Assembly (NCBI GenBank): GCA_951406725.2
Contig: OX597835.1
Location: 3,782,001 to 3,846,000 of the forward strand
Source of the DNA: Octopus vulgaris
Taxonomy: Eukaryota
Direction of reading: 5' to 3'
DNA length: 64,000 bases
Every line of letters starts with the position of its first letter. Position 1 is the stretch's first letter. A model generated the notes under the pieces. It did no database searches. It saw only the letters and a list, made by a program, of their open reading frames with translations, and was not told where the DNA came from. The position numbers were made by a program, and so were the translations under genes. Below are positions 26,986 to 40,018 of this stretch, in pieces.

Positions 26986-27132
26986 TAATGTGTTTATAGC
27001 ATTTGACGTGTTGTTCATCGTATTTGCATTAAATGTATATTGAATATTTAAAAAAACTTGTTAACATTTTGTCATTGAGGTGTTTGTGGGGTGTGCGTTT
27101 TCGTGCGTGATTTAAGACCTATTTATCTGTAA

Positions 27133-27521
27133 CTAGCAGTATCGCCCGGCGTTGCTCGGGTTTGTAAGGGAAATAACTATAAAGCATTTTTAGAGAGTTA
27201 TAGCCAAAAAATGCATTAAAAATGGAAAAAAAATGATGGTAAATTTTTTTAAAAAACGTTGACTCATCGTAGACATTTTTAGAGAGTTACTTCCCTTATA
27301 TAATAGCGAAAAAATGCATTAAAATGGAAAAAAATTATGGTAAATTATTTTTAAAATCGTAGACTCATCGTAGACGCGCGCTAATACCCAGAAGGGCTCG
27401 ATATGAATCACGACTATAAGATACCTGGTTTTGGTTAAATTGCACCGCAAAATGTGGGAGTAGTTAGGAATCTAAATCGTAGGAGACAGACAGCATACAA
27501 CCTTACTTTTATATATAAAGA
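27133..27521 (-). mobile_element. Non-autonomous Helitron
   Basis: Minus strand 5'-TC..CTAG-3', subterminal CCCGAGCAACGCCGGG hairpin, inserted between A and T, no TSD. Confidence 0.9.
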
Positions 27522-27948
27522 TTTTTAGCACATCTCGTACTGCATGTGTTTTAAGACAGAAAGAATACGTTGTAAGCAGCTTGGTAACAGCTTGGCTTGT
27601 TACTATAGAAACAGGCACCGATGTGTCTGTGACTTTCGACTGGCTAAAATTACCTAAAATTTACAAACTTTAAAAGCTATTAATTCTTTATTTATTGATT
27701 TATGGTGAAAACGAATTTCATCTCAATGCTTACTTTGCAGAACTTACGCCAAATATGAAATCAATTGGAACAAAAGTGGGCAGCCAAACACAAAAGATCT
27801 CAAACGGAAAAACAAGAGCAGAATGGAAGCGTATATACAATAATCCTACATAATACGAGGTAAGTGGGGGAGAAGCGGAATATGAAGAAAGGGATCCCAT
27901 AGAATCGCTCTGTAAATACTTAATGAAGTTAATATCAATGTAATTGAA

Positions 27949-28445
27949 AGGTGGCGAGCTGGCAGAAACGTTAGCACGCCGGGCGAAATGCTTAGCCGTA
28001 TTTCATATGCCGCTACGTTCTGAGTTCAAATTCCGCCGAGGTCGACTTAGTCTTTCATCCTTTCGGGGTCGATTAAATAAGTACCAGTTACGCACTGAGG
28101 ACGATGTAATCGACTTAACCCCTTTGTCTGTCCTTGTTTGTCCCCTCTGTGTTCAGCCCCTTGTGGGCAATAAAGAATTCAGAAACGTCAGCACGTCGGG
28201 CAAAATGCATTACAGTATTTCATCTGTTTGTTTGTCCTCTCTGTGTTTAGCCCCTTGTGGGTTGTAAAGAAATAAGTATTTCATCTGTCTTTATGTTCTG
28301 AGTTCAAATTCCGCCGAGGTCGACTTGGCCTTTCATCCTTTCGGGATCGATAATAAATTAAGTACCAGTTGCGCACTGTGGTCGATCTAATCGACTGGAC
28401 CCTCCCCCAAAATTTCGGGCCTTATGCCTAGAATAGAAAAGAATA
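27949..28445 (+). mobile_element. SINE family B with internal duplication and TSD-like flanks of about 18 bp
   Basis: AATATCAATGTAATTGAA before and AATATCAATGTGATTGAA after. Confidence 0.85.
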
Positions 28446-29123
28446 TCAATGTGATTGAATTCGGTGTGTATAGAAAGCAGGGGCTGAACATACATATTGC
28501 TTCAAGAGTTGTCAAAATATTTACTCTCTCACTCCAGACAGATCCTGATACATCATATCTATGATCAAAAGCGTTTCAGCCATGACCCCACCGTCTTATT
28601 TTTAGACGTCTGGGATTACCTTTTCCAGTATATTTTCCATTAATTTTTTTAAATGGCTGAGTGATTTGAAGGAACAAAATTAGAACAAAAGCAACAACAA
28701 CAAAAACAAAATACAAATTACATGAATGTATATAAACAGAAGATACAAATATTACAGGCACCCCCCCACACACACACTAAATAAACATAGACGCACATAG
28801 AGATATAAGCATGCGCAAATGAAGACATACAATAGAAATACAAAATGGCTGACGGTTAGTAAGGAGAGACACAAACAAATAAGAAAGAAGAAAACAAAGG
28901 ACCACTGATGCGGTCACAGGAGTGTGACGAAAGAACTCTGGCCGAAATAAGATTAAGATTAAAGTAAAAAATAAATATCACTGAAGCAAAATAACACCAA
29001 ATATATAGTGCGTGTGTTTTTATTGGCTAAACTGGCAATATGACCATTCCGAAATATAACAAGATTTGAAGGAAATTTACAGGTTAATTCTAGCAAATCA
29101 AAAACTGGCACAGAGGCACTTAC

Positions 29124-29294
29124 GTTGTGTTGTTCTATTGATGGCATTAAATATAACAACTTTGAACATTTTCTCGTTCCATAGACATAATAGGGAACAC
29201 ATGAATGCAGCATCCTCATCCATTAAGGTGCAGTTTGACAGCTGCCAGATTACAGAAGATATAAAGGGTTTTTGCTCGACACCCAATGTAACCT
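29124..29294 (-). CDS. Candidate internal coding exon (171 nt, phase 1-1) of an Ig-like extracellular protein
   Basis: Branch point CTAAC, acceptor TATTTCTTCAG, donor GTAAGT; open frame VTLGVEQKPFISSVIWQLSNCTLMDEDAAFMCSLLCLWNEKMFKVVIFNAINRTTQ; unique sequence in this window. Confidence 0.5.
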
Positions 29295-29655
29295 CTGAAG
29301 AAATACGTTGTTAGGTGTCTTACAACTTCGGATGAACACTCGTTATTAGCTTCTCAACTGTCAAGTTTATTGCATAATATGAACATTGCAGCCCACACAT
29401 CCTGTGCGTCATGTCGCGCATCTTTGCGCATGCGTTAGTGGTTTTCATGTCATTAGCAGCTGGTTTCTTGCCAGTTTTTAAAAATTTCACTTAGAATTTA
29501 GAAACTTGTTACTTAAATTTATGCTTTGTTCTCTAACTTTCTGTTGTTAAAAGACGTTAATAAGATATGTATCCGTGTTTCTTCACTTAGAATGACGAAA
29601 CTTAAGTAAATTACAAAGCTATTTCATACTCTCTCCCATCCACACATATACATGA

Positions 29656-29692
<37 letters not shown>

Positions 29693-29715
29693 CGTGTGTA
29701 CACACACTAAGTTAT

Positions 29716-29875
29716 ATCGACCCCGGTGCGTAACTGGTACTTATCTAATCGACTCCTCGAAAGGATGAAAGGCAAAGTCGACCTCGGCGGAATTTGAACT
29801 CAGAACATAGCGGCAGACGAAATACGGCTACGCATTTCGCCCGGCGTGCTAACGCTTCTGCCAGCTCGCCGCTTT
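29716..29875 (-). mobile_element. SINE family B
   Basis: Homology to family B. Confidence 0.85.
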
Positions 29876-29884
29876 CGCTAGGGT

Positions 29885-30262
29885 CGAATTCTAGATGCAC
29901 AATACCACATATCCAGGAAAGACACTTGTGGTAGGTCTTCCAGATCGACCGTTGTCTTCCAGAGACGTACTTCCGCTTTTGAAGCGCCCGTGCCCCTCAA
30001 AATATTGCGTACGACCCATTGTCCCGTCGCCGTACGTTTGTCGAAGGATGCTCGATGTCTCTGTAGCAGAGTTTTCAAGGTTGGTTTGTTCCTGTCCAGG
30101 ACAACTACAGCATACACGTGATCACAAAAGCACAAGTTTCAGAACTTGCGAAGTAAACACAGCGGTGTCACTCGGCACACCGCCTCATGAAGGTCAGGTC
30201 ACCGCTAGCCCTCATTGCGCATGCAACCATGTGCTGCCATCTGTTGGTGCGCTACAGAACTA
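29885..30262 (-). mobile_element. Mariner-like transposon, 5' relic
   Basis: 30165-30262 is the reverse complement of 24364-24455; encodes HGRFKSGSTSLEDNGRSGRP (mariner RSGRP linker). Confidence 0.75.
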
Positions 30263-31489
30263 TACATCCATACAAATGCATGCAAGTATCGTATGCATGT
30301 CATCGTTTATCTAAACCTGAATCTTATTGAGGCGTTACTCAGAGTTTCTCGTTCCTGATCCCGAAGAGACTGCTCTTATATAACGATCTGCCTGAATCGA
30401 TCTGCTTCGGTCGTCTGAGCAGCTGAGTATTCCACAGACCTGTGTACTCTTAACATTATCCTGAACAAAGAATCGACATAACACAGTCGAGTGTCTTTGT
30501 GCGCATGCGCATACTTGTAATCGAAAGGTTTGGATTTGTTCCTCTCTACCTTCCCAAATTCAAAACAGTGACACAGTTTCCTCTAAGTAGAACATCCGGC
30601 GACCCAACGGCGTCCGCCCCGTTCATATATACTCGCCGCCTTTTTTTGAAAGTTACTTAAATTTACCATTATATAGCCTACCCATTTCATGAATTGATGT
30701 CCCCATCGATAGATTATTCCTTGAAGAATGTTCCTTTTGACAACAATACCATTCCTATATATTTATTATATGCTATCCTCTCAGAAACACCATTCCCTAC
30801 CGCGGTCTCTCCTCTAAGAGAACCTTCAGTCCCTCTTGACACAACGAGTCAGCGATGGGGTCACTAGGCTGCTTCGCGGCTTGCAGGAAATAGCAGTCAA
30901 ATCGCCTTGAAATCACACCTTTTCTTTAAAAAAGCGGGAGGGATCATGTGATCTTAGCATGCTATACTTGAAAAACAAAAGCAAAAAAAAAAAAATGGAT
31001 GGGACGGCTACGGCTGGATTGAGTTTTTATTATTGGTCTACTTGATCAGAACTGACCTGGAACTGAACAAAAACAACAGCACACACTCACACACACACAC
31101 ACAATCCCACGCCCACCATGTCTGTTCTTCGTTTGTGACACATATATATAGTAACACCCCCACCCACCCTATTCGCACCCTACCCTACTATCACCCGTCA
31201 GCTCACTATTGAAGCTCGAGGCTCAAGCTGGTTAAACATTAAATCCCCTTCAACTATTCCACTTTAGGGTTACTATACGGTTCACACCCCTTACTGGTTA
31301 ACCCGACACCCAGCCAAACATCTGCTTTTCATTTCTACCCCTATTCTACCCTGTTCCCTTTGTGATAGCGTTCTAAATATAGTGTCTTCTGGTAAAGCTT
31401 CTGAAACAGTCTCAACCGTTTTTTATACCTAATATGTATGTATTCATAGGTTTGTATGTATGTTTATATGTTTACACACGCGCGCGCGC

Positions 31490-31524
<35 letters not shown>

Positions 31525-32023
31525 GCTAAGGATGTTTGTATCAGTGTATACATACGGTTATATACGAGCATGTATCTATACGTATGCATGTCAGCATGAA
31601 TTGCATATAGGACTGTGTGTACGTATTTGCGCGCGCGCGCGCGCGTGTGTGTGTGTGCGCGTGCGTGCGTGCGTGCTTGCTTGTAAGTGCGCGCACGCAA
31701 TTGTAAATATGATTATCTGATAATCTGAAAACTTGGAAGAGCCATATATGTAGCTATGTCTTTTTTTTTTATTTCCGAAAGTGAGCTTTGTTAATCCTCT
31801 GAAATCACAGAGAATCCCCTTCTCAACCTTAATGAGCCCCCGGAGTAGAGCAATGCACTGAAACTCCTATACTGACAATGGACTGAGGCCCCTACCTTCA
31901 CAATGCCATAAACTCCTCAACATGTACGACCCCCAAAACTAAAGCAAATTTATATGAATATAGTAAAAGAGATTGAAGCTATAAAAAATTACCTTCTCGT
32001 CTGATTCAACTTCATATATATAT

Positions 32024-32217
32024 ATGTGACCTCGTGTGTACCGTTGGGGTTCTTTTTCCTCTGTCTTCCCTTCTCTGGATCTTTCCTTCTCCTATGTTTC
32101 CGACGAAGAGCTCCGATCGAAACGTTAAACTCTCCTTCTTTCCTTAGCGTCCAATAATACTATATTTGTTCCACGTCCTCGCGTTGTTGTGTTTTTTTTG
32201 TGTTTTCTTGTTTGGAT

Positions 32218-32221
<4 letters not shown>
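32024..32221 (+). mobile_element. Family P1 element with hammerhead motif (32096-32130), (TA)n on both sides
   Basis: GUUU-CCGACGA-A-GAGC(UCC)GAUC-GAAAC-GUU-AAAC. Confidence 0.75.
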
Positions 32222-32287
<66 letters not shown>

Positions 32288-32327
32288 TAAATTAGAGACA
32301 AAACCACTATTAGGCAATATATATATA

Positions 32328-32391
32328 TAAAGGACTGACCACTAAAAGTGGAAGGTCAACTGACCGTCCACTTTTAGTGGTCAGTCCTTTA
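32328..32391. repeat. 64-bp near-perfect palindrome
   Basis: 31-bp arms, one mismatch, 2-nt loop. Confidence 0.9.
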
Positions 32392-32560
32392 AATTTTGTA
32401 TGTAAAAATATTTTTAATCTTCGGATTTTTTAATATGCTAGGCCACTGGTTTTAATTGATTAATATCAATTTCTACCCTTATTAAATTTTATATATACAT
32501 ATGTATGTATGTATGTATATATGTATCTTATTACTATTTAATTGAAGGCCACGCATCCAT

Positions 32561-34195
32561 TTCCAATATAACAGGATGCCATTTGGTCTGAAGGTTGCAC
32601 CTGCAATATTTCAACAGGTTATGGGTGCGATGTTGGCAGACCGTTAATTTGCAATTCCATACCTCGATGATGCATTAATTAAAAGTGGATCTCGTGATCA
32701 GCATATCGAACATGTGAAAAGTGCTTTTCAAAAAAATAAGAGTTTATGGTTCCACACTCAGTGAAAAGAAATGTGAATTCTTTTTGGCTAAAATTAAACA
32801 TTTAGGACAAATTATAGATAAAAATGGGAGACGAAATGACCTGTCGAGGTCAGACGCAGTCAAAAATATGCCTACCTCAATTAACATTAGCCACATTTCA
32901 AGCTTTTCTTGGCCTAGCGAACTATTATTCAAATTACATGCCAAACATGTATGAATTGAGAGCTGCACTTAATAATTTGCTAAAGAAGGACGCCAAATGG
33001 AATTGTCAAATAACTGTCAAAAGGCGTTTCAGGATATTAAAAAAACTATTAATTTTGGTTTTGTCGCTGGTTCATTTCGATCCTGCAGCGGAGATTGTTG
33101 TAGCTTCTGGCGCTTCTGAATATGGTGTAGAAGCAGTTTTGTTTTACAACACAAATATAAAGACGATAATATGAAGGCGGTGGTTCATGCCTCACTACAG
33201 TTAGATAGAGAAAGATGCTCTAGCGATTATTTTTGCCGTGAAGAAATTTCACAGATTTCTCCATGGTAGAGATTTTCGGCTTCAGACGCACCGCCAAGCG
33301 TTACTATCAATTTTCGGATTGAAGAAAATAATTCATATCCGTACAGCTAACAGATTACAACGCTGAGGTACAATATTGTTAAATTATAACTTTAAGATGG
33401 AGTACATTTCTTCTAAGAAAATTGGTGATAGCCGCATTACATTCAGAACAGGAAATTAAAAACGTGATGTGTAATGCCGTTCAGGAGTTGCCAGTGACTG
33501 TACAAGATATAAAAAGTAAGTCAGCGGAGGACAAATCTTTATATATAAAAGTGAAGTTGTGTGTCTGTCTCCTACGATTTAGATTCCTAACTACTCCCAC
33601 ATTTTGCGGTGCAGTTTAACCAAAACCGGGTATCTTATAGTCGTGATTCATATCGAGCCCTTCTGGGTATTAGCGCGCGTCTACGATGAGTCTACGATTT
33701 AAAAAAAATTAACATCATTTTTTTCCATTTTAATGCATTTTTTCGCTATTATATAAGGGGAGTAACTCTCTAAAAATGTCTACGATGAGTCAACGATTTA
33801 AAAAAAAAAATTTACCATCATTTTTTTTCCATTTTTAATGCATCTTTTTGTTATTTTTTGGCTATAACTCTCTAAAAATGCTTATATATATAGTTATTTC
33901 CCTTACAAACACGAGCAACGCCGGGCGATACTGCTAGTACATCATAAAAACGAAGGAAACCTTGAAAAATAAACAAAAGAGAAACACGAATGCGAACCAT
34001 TTTCCACTCTGCGACGATGTATCAATGTACGCACAAAAAGTGGTAGTACCAACTGCACTACAGAAACGGATATTACATGAATTTCATAGTGGACCCCCGG
34101 GGATGTCAAGAACGAAAGTTTTGAAGAGGAGTTACGTGTACTGACCGACAATGTACCGCAACATTGAAAATTTGGTAAATCATGTGCAGAAGGCA
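32561..34195 (+). pseudogene. Decayed Ty3/Gypsy pol (RT, RNase H, integrase N-terminal region)
   Basis: RMPFGLKVAPAIFQ, YLDD (32660-32671), [52 protein letters not shown]; stops and frameshifts; no LTR seen. Confidence 0.9.
33536..33937 (+). mobile_element. Non-autonomous Helitron nested in Gypsy pol
   Basis: A|TC..CTAG|T with 3' hairpin; same family as 27133. Confidence 0.92.
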
Positions 34196-34231
34196 CCACT
34201 AATTTACCATTTCGGGAGGCACGAGCCCTCT

Positions 34232-34658
34232 CTTTACTCTTTACTCTTTTACTCTTTTACTTGTTTCAGTCATTTGACTGCGGCCATGCTGGAGCAACGC
34301 CTTTAGTCGAGCAACTCGACCCCGGGACTTATTTTTTGCAAGCCCAGTACTTATTCTATCAGTCTCTTTTTGCCGAACCGCTAAGTGACGGGGGACGTAA
34401 ACACACCAGCATCGGTTGTCAAGCAATGCTAGGGGGACAAACACAGACACACAAACACACACACATATACACACATATATATATATACATATATACGACA
34501 GGCTTCTTTCAGTTTCCGTCTACCAAATCCACTCACAAGGCTTTGGTCGGCCCGGGGCTATAGCAGAAGACACTTGCTCAAGATGCCACGCAGTGGGACT
34601 GAACCCGGAACCATGTGGTTGTTTAGCAAGCTACTAACCACACAGCCACTCCTGCGCC
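34232..34658 (-). mobile_element. SINE family A, full length
   Basis: Homology to family A. Confidence 0.9.
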
Positions 34659-35394
34659 TTATCGCCAACAACTTTGATGATGTCTTTTGCTTTTGAAAGT
34701 TCTCCAATATTTCCACGAGAGGGCGTGTAAACATTTCTTTCTGTATGCTTGCTACATCAACAAGCCTCTTGTTTTTGTTATTGTTATTGTTCTTGTTGTT
34801 GATGTCGTCGACGTCGCTGTTGTTGTAGTTGTTGCTACTGCTGCTGTTGGTGATGATGGTGGTGGAGTTGCATGGCCACTTCCACCGTTGCCAATCTCCA
34901 CACCTACGTCATCGCGTTCAATTGTAATATTTTCTCCGCTAAAACCCATTGTGTTCTGAATTGCGTTGCTGCTGCTGCTGCTGCTGCTACTGCTACTACT
35001 ACTACTACAATATATAGGGTATGTATCGTATATGGAGCCTCCACTTGTAGACATGGAATATAAACAGTCTCTGACTGCCATTTCTAATTCTTTCGGTATG
35101 CGGCAAAGCAACCTGTTGCCTGCCCTTTTAATTATATACTACTATATATACTGAACTCTATAGAAGTTACCGACACTAAAAGTCATATTTACATACCGAA
35201 ATCTACCGGTAAATAATTGTTGGTTGTCTAAAAAACCACGAAAAAATTATTTACCCTTTTTATTATATATATATTATATATACGACGCCCGTCGTATACA
35301 TGTATATATATATATATATATGATTGATTGATTGATTGATTCCAGTTCCAGCCTATGAGCTGTGGCCATGCTGGGGCACATATATATATATATA

Positions 35395-35632
35395 TGTGTG
35401 CGTGTGTGTGTATATGTTTGTGTGTCTGTGCTTGTCCCCCCCCCCCAACATCGCTTAATAACCGATGCTGGTGTGTTTACGTCCCCATACATTAGCGGTT
35501 CGTCAAAAGAGACCGATAGAATAAGTACTAGGCTTCCAAAGAATAAATCCTGGGGTCAATTTGCTCGACTAAAGGCGGTGCTCCAGCATGGCCGCAGTCA
35601 AGTGACTGAAACAAGAAAAAGAGTAAAAGAGA
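35395..35632 (+). mobile_element. SINE family A, 3' half
   Basis: Homology to family A. Confidence 0.85.
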
Positions 35633-35843
35633 ATATATTTAGTAATCCCTCGCCACATCGCGATTCACTTATCACGCACTCAGTACATCACGGATTTGTC
35701 TGGCTAATATATCTAGATTTATACCGCGGACTCCCCAGTATATTGCGGGTTTCTCCGGCCGATAAGTATTTATATTTTTTTAGATTTTAATTATTTCTGT
35801 GAGAGGTCTTGGAACATAACACCCGTGATAGTCGAGGGATTAC

Positions 35844-35929
<86 letters not shown>

Positions 35930-35971
35930 CACACTCACATATACACATACATACATACTTACATATATATA

Positions 35972-36176
35972 GTTAATCCAAACATGAAAGCACAAAAAAA
36001 CACAACAACGCGGGGACGTGGAACAAATATAGTATTATTGGACGCTCAGGAAAGAAGGAAAGAAGGAGGGCTTAACGTTTCGAGCGGAGCTCTTCGCTGA
36101 AACATAGGAGAAGGAAATATCCAGAGAAGGGAAGACAGAGGGAAAAAAATCGCCAACGGTACACACGAGGTCACAT
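35972..36176 (-). mobile_element. Family P1 element; hammerhead core damaged (36070-36103)
   Basis: Reverse complement of 32024-32221; stem II GAGC/GCUC and GAAACGUU intact. Confidence 0.75.
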
Positions 36177-36179
36177 TTT

Positions 36180-36211
<32 letters not shown>

Positions 36212-36903
36212 CATACATACATACATACATACATAGACACATACATTTATACATACATGCATACATACATGCATACATACATGCACACACACACACATAC
36301 ATACATACATACATGTGTGTGTGTCTGTGTATTCGCTTTAGTATGCATGTAATAGTATGTATGACGAACCTGTACATACATGTGTAATTGTATGTCTGTG
36401 TGTGTGTGCGTTGAAGCATGCACACATTCGCAGAATGAAAAACTTACACGCCGCCCGTACGCGTTCCTCTATCTCTGCGAACCGAAATGCGTGTCCATAT
36501 GTACGTGAGTCGTCTGCCACAGTCTGTGCTGTACTTCTGCAGGTGATGCTTAGAATGACAGTAAACCAGATAACAGCTACAACAACAACAATAGCAAAGT
36601 TATTAGCCAACAGCTCTATACATATTTATACTATATTTATACTATACATATATATTTATACAATATATATTTATACAACAGTTAGAAGTCCTTCATGTAT
36701 ACCACAGTTTGTATACATGTGAAGAACATCTGTGCCAAACTTCTCTTTCTAAACATCTTTTATTATCGTACAAACTGATACGAATCTCTCATTCTCTCTC
36801 TCTCTTTCCCCTTCCCCATCCCTCTCTGTCACTCTCTGTCTCTTTGTCTGTCTGTCCGTCTCTTTCTCTCTCTCTCTTTCTGTCCCTCTCTTACTGTTCC
36901 TCA

Positions 36904-36942
<39 letters not shown>

Positions 36943-36997
36943 CATATGTATATATACATATGTACATATACATACATATACATATATATATATATAC

Positions 36998-37071
<74 letters not shown>

Positions 37072-37136
37072 ATATATATATATGGGTATATGTATGTATG
37101 TATGTATATACATATATGTATGTATATACATATATG

Positions 37137-37179
<43 letters not shown>

Positions 37180-37899
37180 TACACCCCCACATCTATCTGT
37201 CTATCAACTCTCCTTTAGATTTACATCTCTCTCACTTTCTCTATCTTTTTTTTTACTTACTTCAACCATCAGACTGCAGCCACGCCTTGAAGGGTTTTGT
37301 AGAACAAATCGGCCCCACAGCTTACCTTTTTTTTCTGCCCTAAGCCTGGTATTATTATACTATCTCTCGCTTTTGTCGAATCGCCAAGTTAATAATAAAG
37401 AATACGGATACTTGTACATCGGCAAAATGTATTTTATATTTATATGCAGTATATAACTTCGAGGACGACCAAATGGACGGTCCCTGATGGAGGTGCACCG
37501 ATAATATTGCATGATTGAATTTGCAACGGTGATTAGTCGCTGCATGGGAAACACGTGTAAGTTATAATATGCTGTATGCAACTATAAAATAAATTTTGTG
37601 GATCTACAAGTCTCCATACTCTTTATTATTATTAGTATTAATATATGTGCTAGCGCATGTGTGTGTATGTGTGTGTGTGTATTAAAGAGGCAATTATGTA
37701 CATTATGTATGCTACCATGTATTATATATGTATTTATTGTGTGTATATTATAGACGTATATAATATTAAAAAATGTGTGTGTTATGCCTGTATATCTTAC
37801 CTATTTTTCTATCTTCGATCGCTCTGTGTAGAACTGGTTCTGAATGCTATAGAACATTTGTTGAGATAAACTTCAAGATGAGAACATCGCACTGCTAAC

Positions 37900-38275
37900 A
37901 CAGAATGAAGGCACAATCTGATATATAAGTGTGTAGTTGAATCCGAAGGGAAGGAATACCATTACATAGGTTTACCCGAAACTCAATTTAAACGGAGAAT
38001 TTGCGAACCATGAGAGTTGTTTTAGAAATAAACATAAAATCAATAATACTAGTGTCAGCAAATATATTTGGATGTTAAAAGATAATGGGGAAAATTATAG
38101 GATTAAATGGGAGGTTGTAAGCCATGCCATAGCTTTTCGGCATAAATGTAAATTATGTACAGAAGAAAGTTTTCAAATAATAAAATCTAAATATAGATTG
38201 ATTAACTCTAGGAAAGAAAATATTTCAGCTTGTTTTCATTACACGAAGAATGTTTTTAGAAAATTTGATTACTAA
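37900..38275 (+). pseudogene. Penelope-like element GIY-YIG endonuclease remnant
   Basis: YIGLPETQFKRRI / NHESCFRN..NNTSVSKYIWMLKD..IKWEVV..CKLCTEE..LINSRKE..CFH. Confidence 0.8.
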
Positions 38276-38526
38276 ATAAATAATAAATGACAAAACTGAA
38301 CATTAGAAAATATAAGCATAATATATAATACTTAAAACAAATTAATTAATTCAGGAGGAGTGAATATTTTGACTCGTTGCAATTAACCTAAGTATATATA
38401 AGAAAATTCAATAAATAAAAACAAAAGTAGACATTAATGATATAAGTATAATATAATTAAGTGTAACTTAATTTACAAACCAAACATAGGATAAAAATAA
38501 TATAGATATAAATAATATATACTATA

Positions 38527-39039
38527 TCTATATATATAAAACTGTAGTTGTGTGAGTGTCTGTCCCCTTCGATTTAGATTCCTAACTACTCCCACATTTT
38601 GCGGTGCAGTTTAACCAAATTCGGGTATCTTATAGTCGGGATTCATATCGAGCCCGTCTGAGTATTAGCGCGCGTCTACGATGAGTCTACGATTTTTAAA
38701 ATAATTTAACATCATTTTTTATTCCATTTTAATGCATAATTTTTCGTGTGTCGATGGCGGCGGAGTTGGCGTCCATGGTCACACCTGCACCTGTTTGCTT
38801 CTCCCCCTTCTTCCCTCCCTCGTGAAGCTGTGGGGAAGGGAGTGTAAGGAAATCAACGTCGTAAAGCGTTGTCAAGGAGACCAGCGTTCTTTTAGAACAA
38901 CGACTTCATGGATTGAAGACACCAAAACAGAAATGGCTAAGAAAGCCCGAATTGGCATCTATAAGGGAAGTAACTCTCTAAAAATGCTTATATAGTTATT
39001 TCCCTTACAAACCCGAGCAACGCCGGGCGATACTGCTAG
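38527..39039 (+). mobile_element. Non-autonomous Helitron, long variant
   Basis: A|TC..CTAG|T with hairpin; carries an extra segment at 38747-38959. Confidence 0.9.
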
Positions 39040-39426
39040 TATGATATAATACTTAATTTATTATAATGATAATATTGAGTATTGATCTTCATTAAGTAAT
39101 CAGATAATAGAAGACATTTTATTTTTGATGCAAATATTATAAATCTATTGGTAACACTAATCTTTATGATGTATTATACTGAAAATATATAAATACTAAT
39201 ATTAAATGTGTGTAACGTAAGCCCGATGCGTTCTCTCACACACATACTTAGATAAATAATGTTATATAGAATGAACTATGGATCAATAACTAAATACAAA
39301 TATAATTACTTCACTAATTATCTTACTGTTTCATATAATAATTGTGATTGGCTTTTATGATTGACATTTTCCTGAATTATATAAGTATATAAAAGAATGT
39401 ATATTAACAATGTATTAAAAATGTAT

Positions 39427-39585
39427 AGGCGCAGGAGTGGCTGTGTGGTAAGTAGCTTGCTAACCAACCACATGGTTCCGGGTTCAGTCCCACTGCGTGA
39501 CATCTTGGGCAAGTGCCTTCTGCTATAGCCCCGGGCCGACCAATGCCTTGTCAGTGGATTTGGTAGGCGAAAGAAGCCTGTCGTA

Positions 39586-39668
<83 letters not shown>

Positions 39669-39893
39669 ATATGTTTGTGTGTCTGTATTTGTCCCCCTAG
39701 CATTGCTTGACAACCGATGCTGGTGTGTTTACGTCCCCGTAACTTAGCGGTTCGGCAAAAGCGACCGATAGAATAAGTATTGAGCTTACAAAGAATAAGT
39801 CCCGATGTCGATTTGCTCGACTAAAGGCGGTGCTCCAGCATGGCCGCAGTCAAATGACTGAAACAAGTAAAAGAGTAAAAGAGTAAAAGAGTA
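39427..39893 (+). mobile_element. SINE family A, full length
   Basis: Homology to family A. Confidence 0.9.
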
Positions 39894-39972
39894 AACTGAT
39901 TTGACTTCATAACATGCTACTAACATACATACACACTTACGCACACATAAATCAACTTAGACAGTAAACATC

Positions 39973-40018
<46 letters not shown>

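Noticed and set aside
29878-30314. Complex-looking 85-aa and 139-aa ORFs
   Set aside because: They are alternative frames of the mariner relic
35165-35215. Hammerhead-like TTACCG..CGAAATCTACCGGTAA
   Set aside because: Core unrecognisable; too degraded to call
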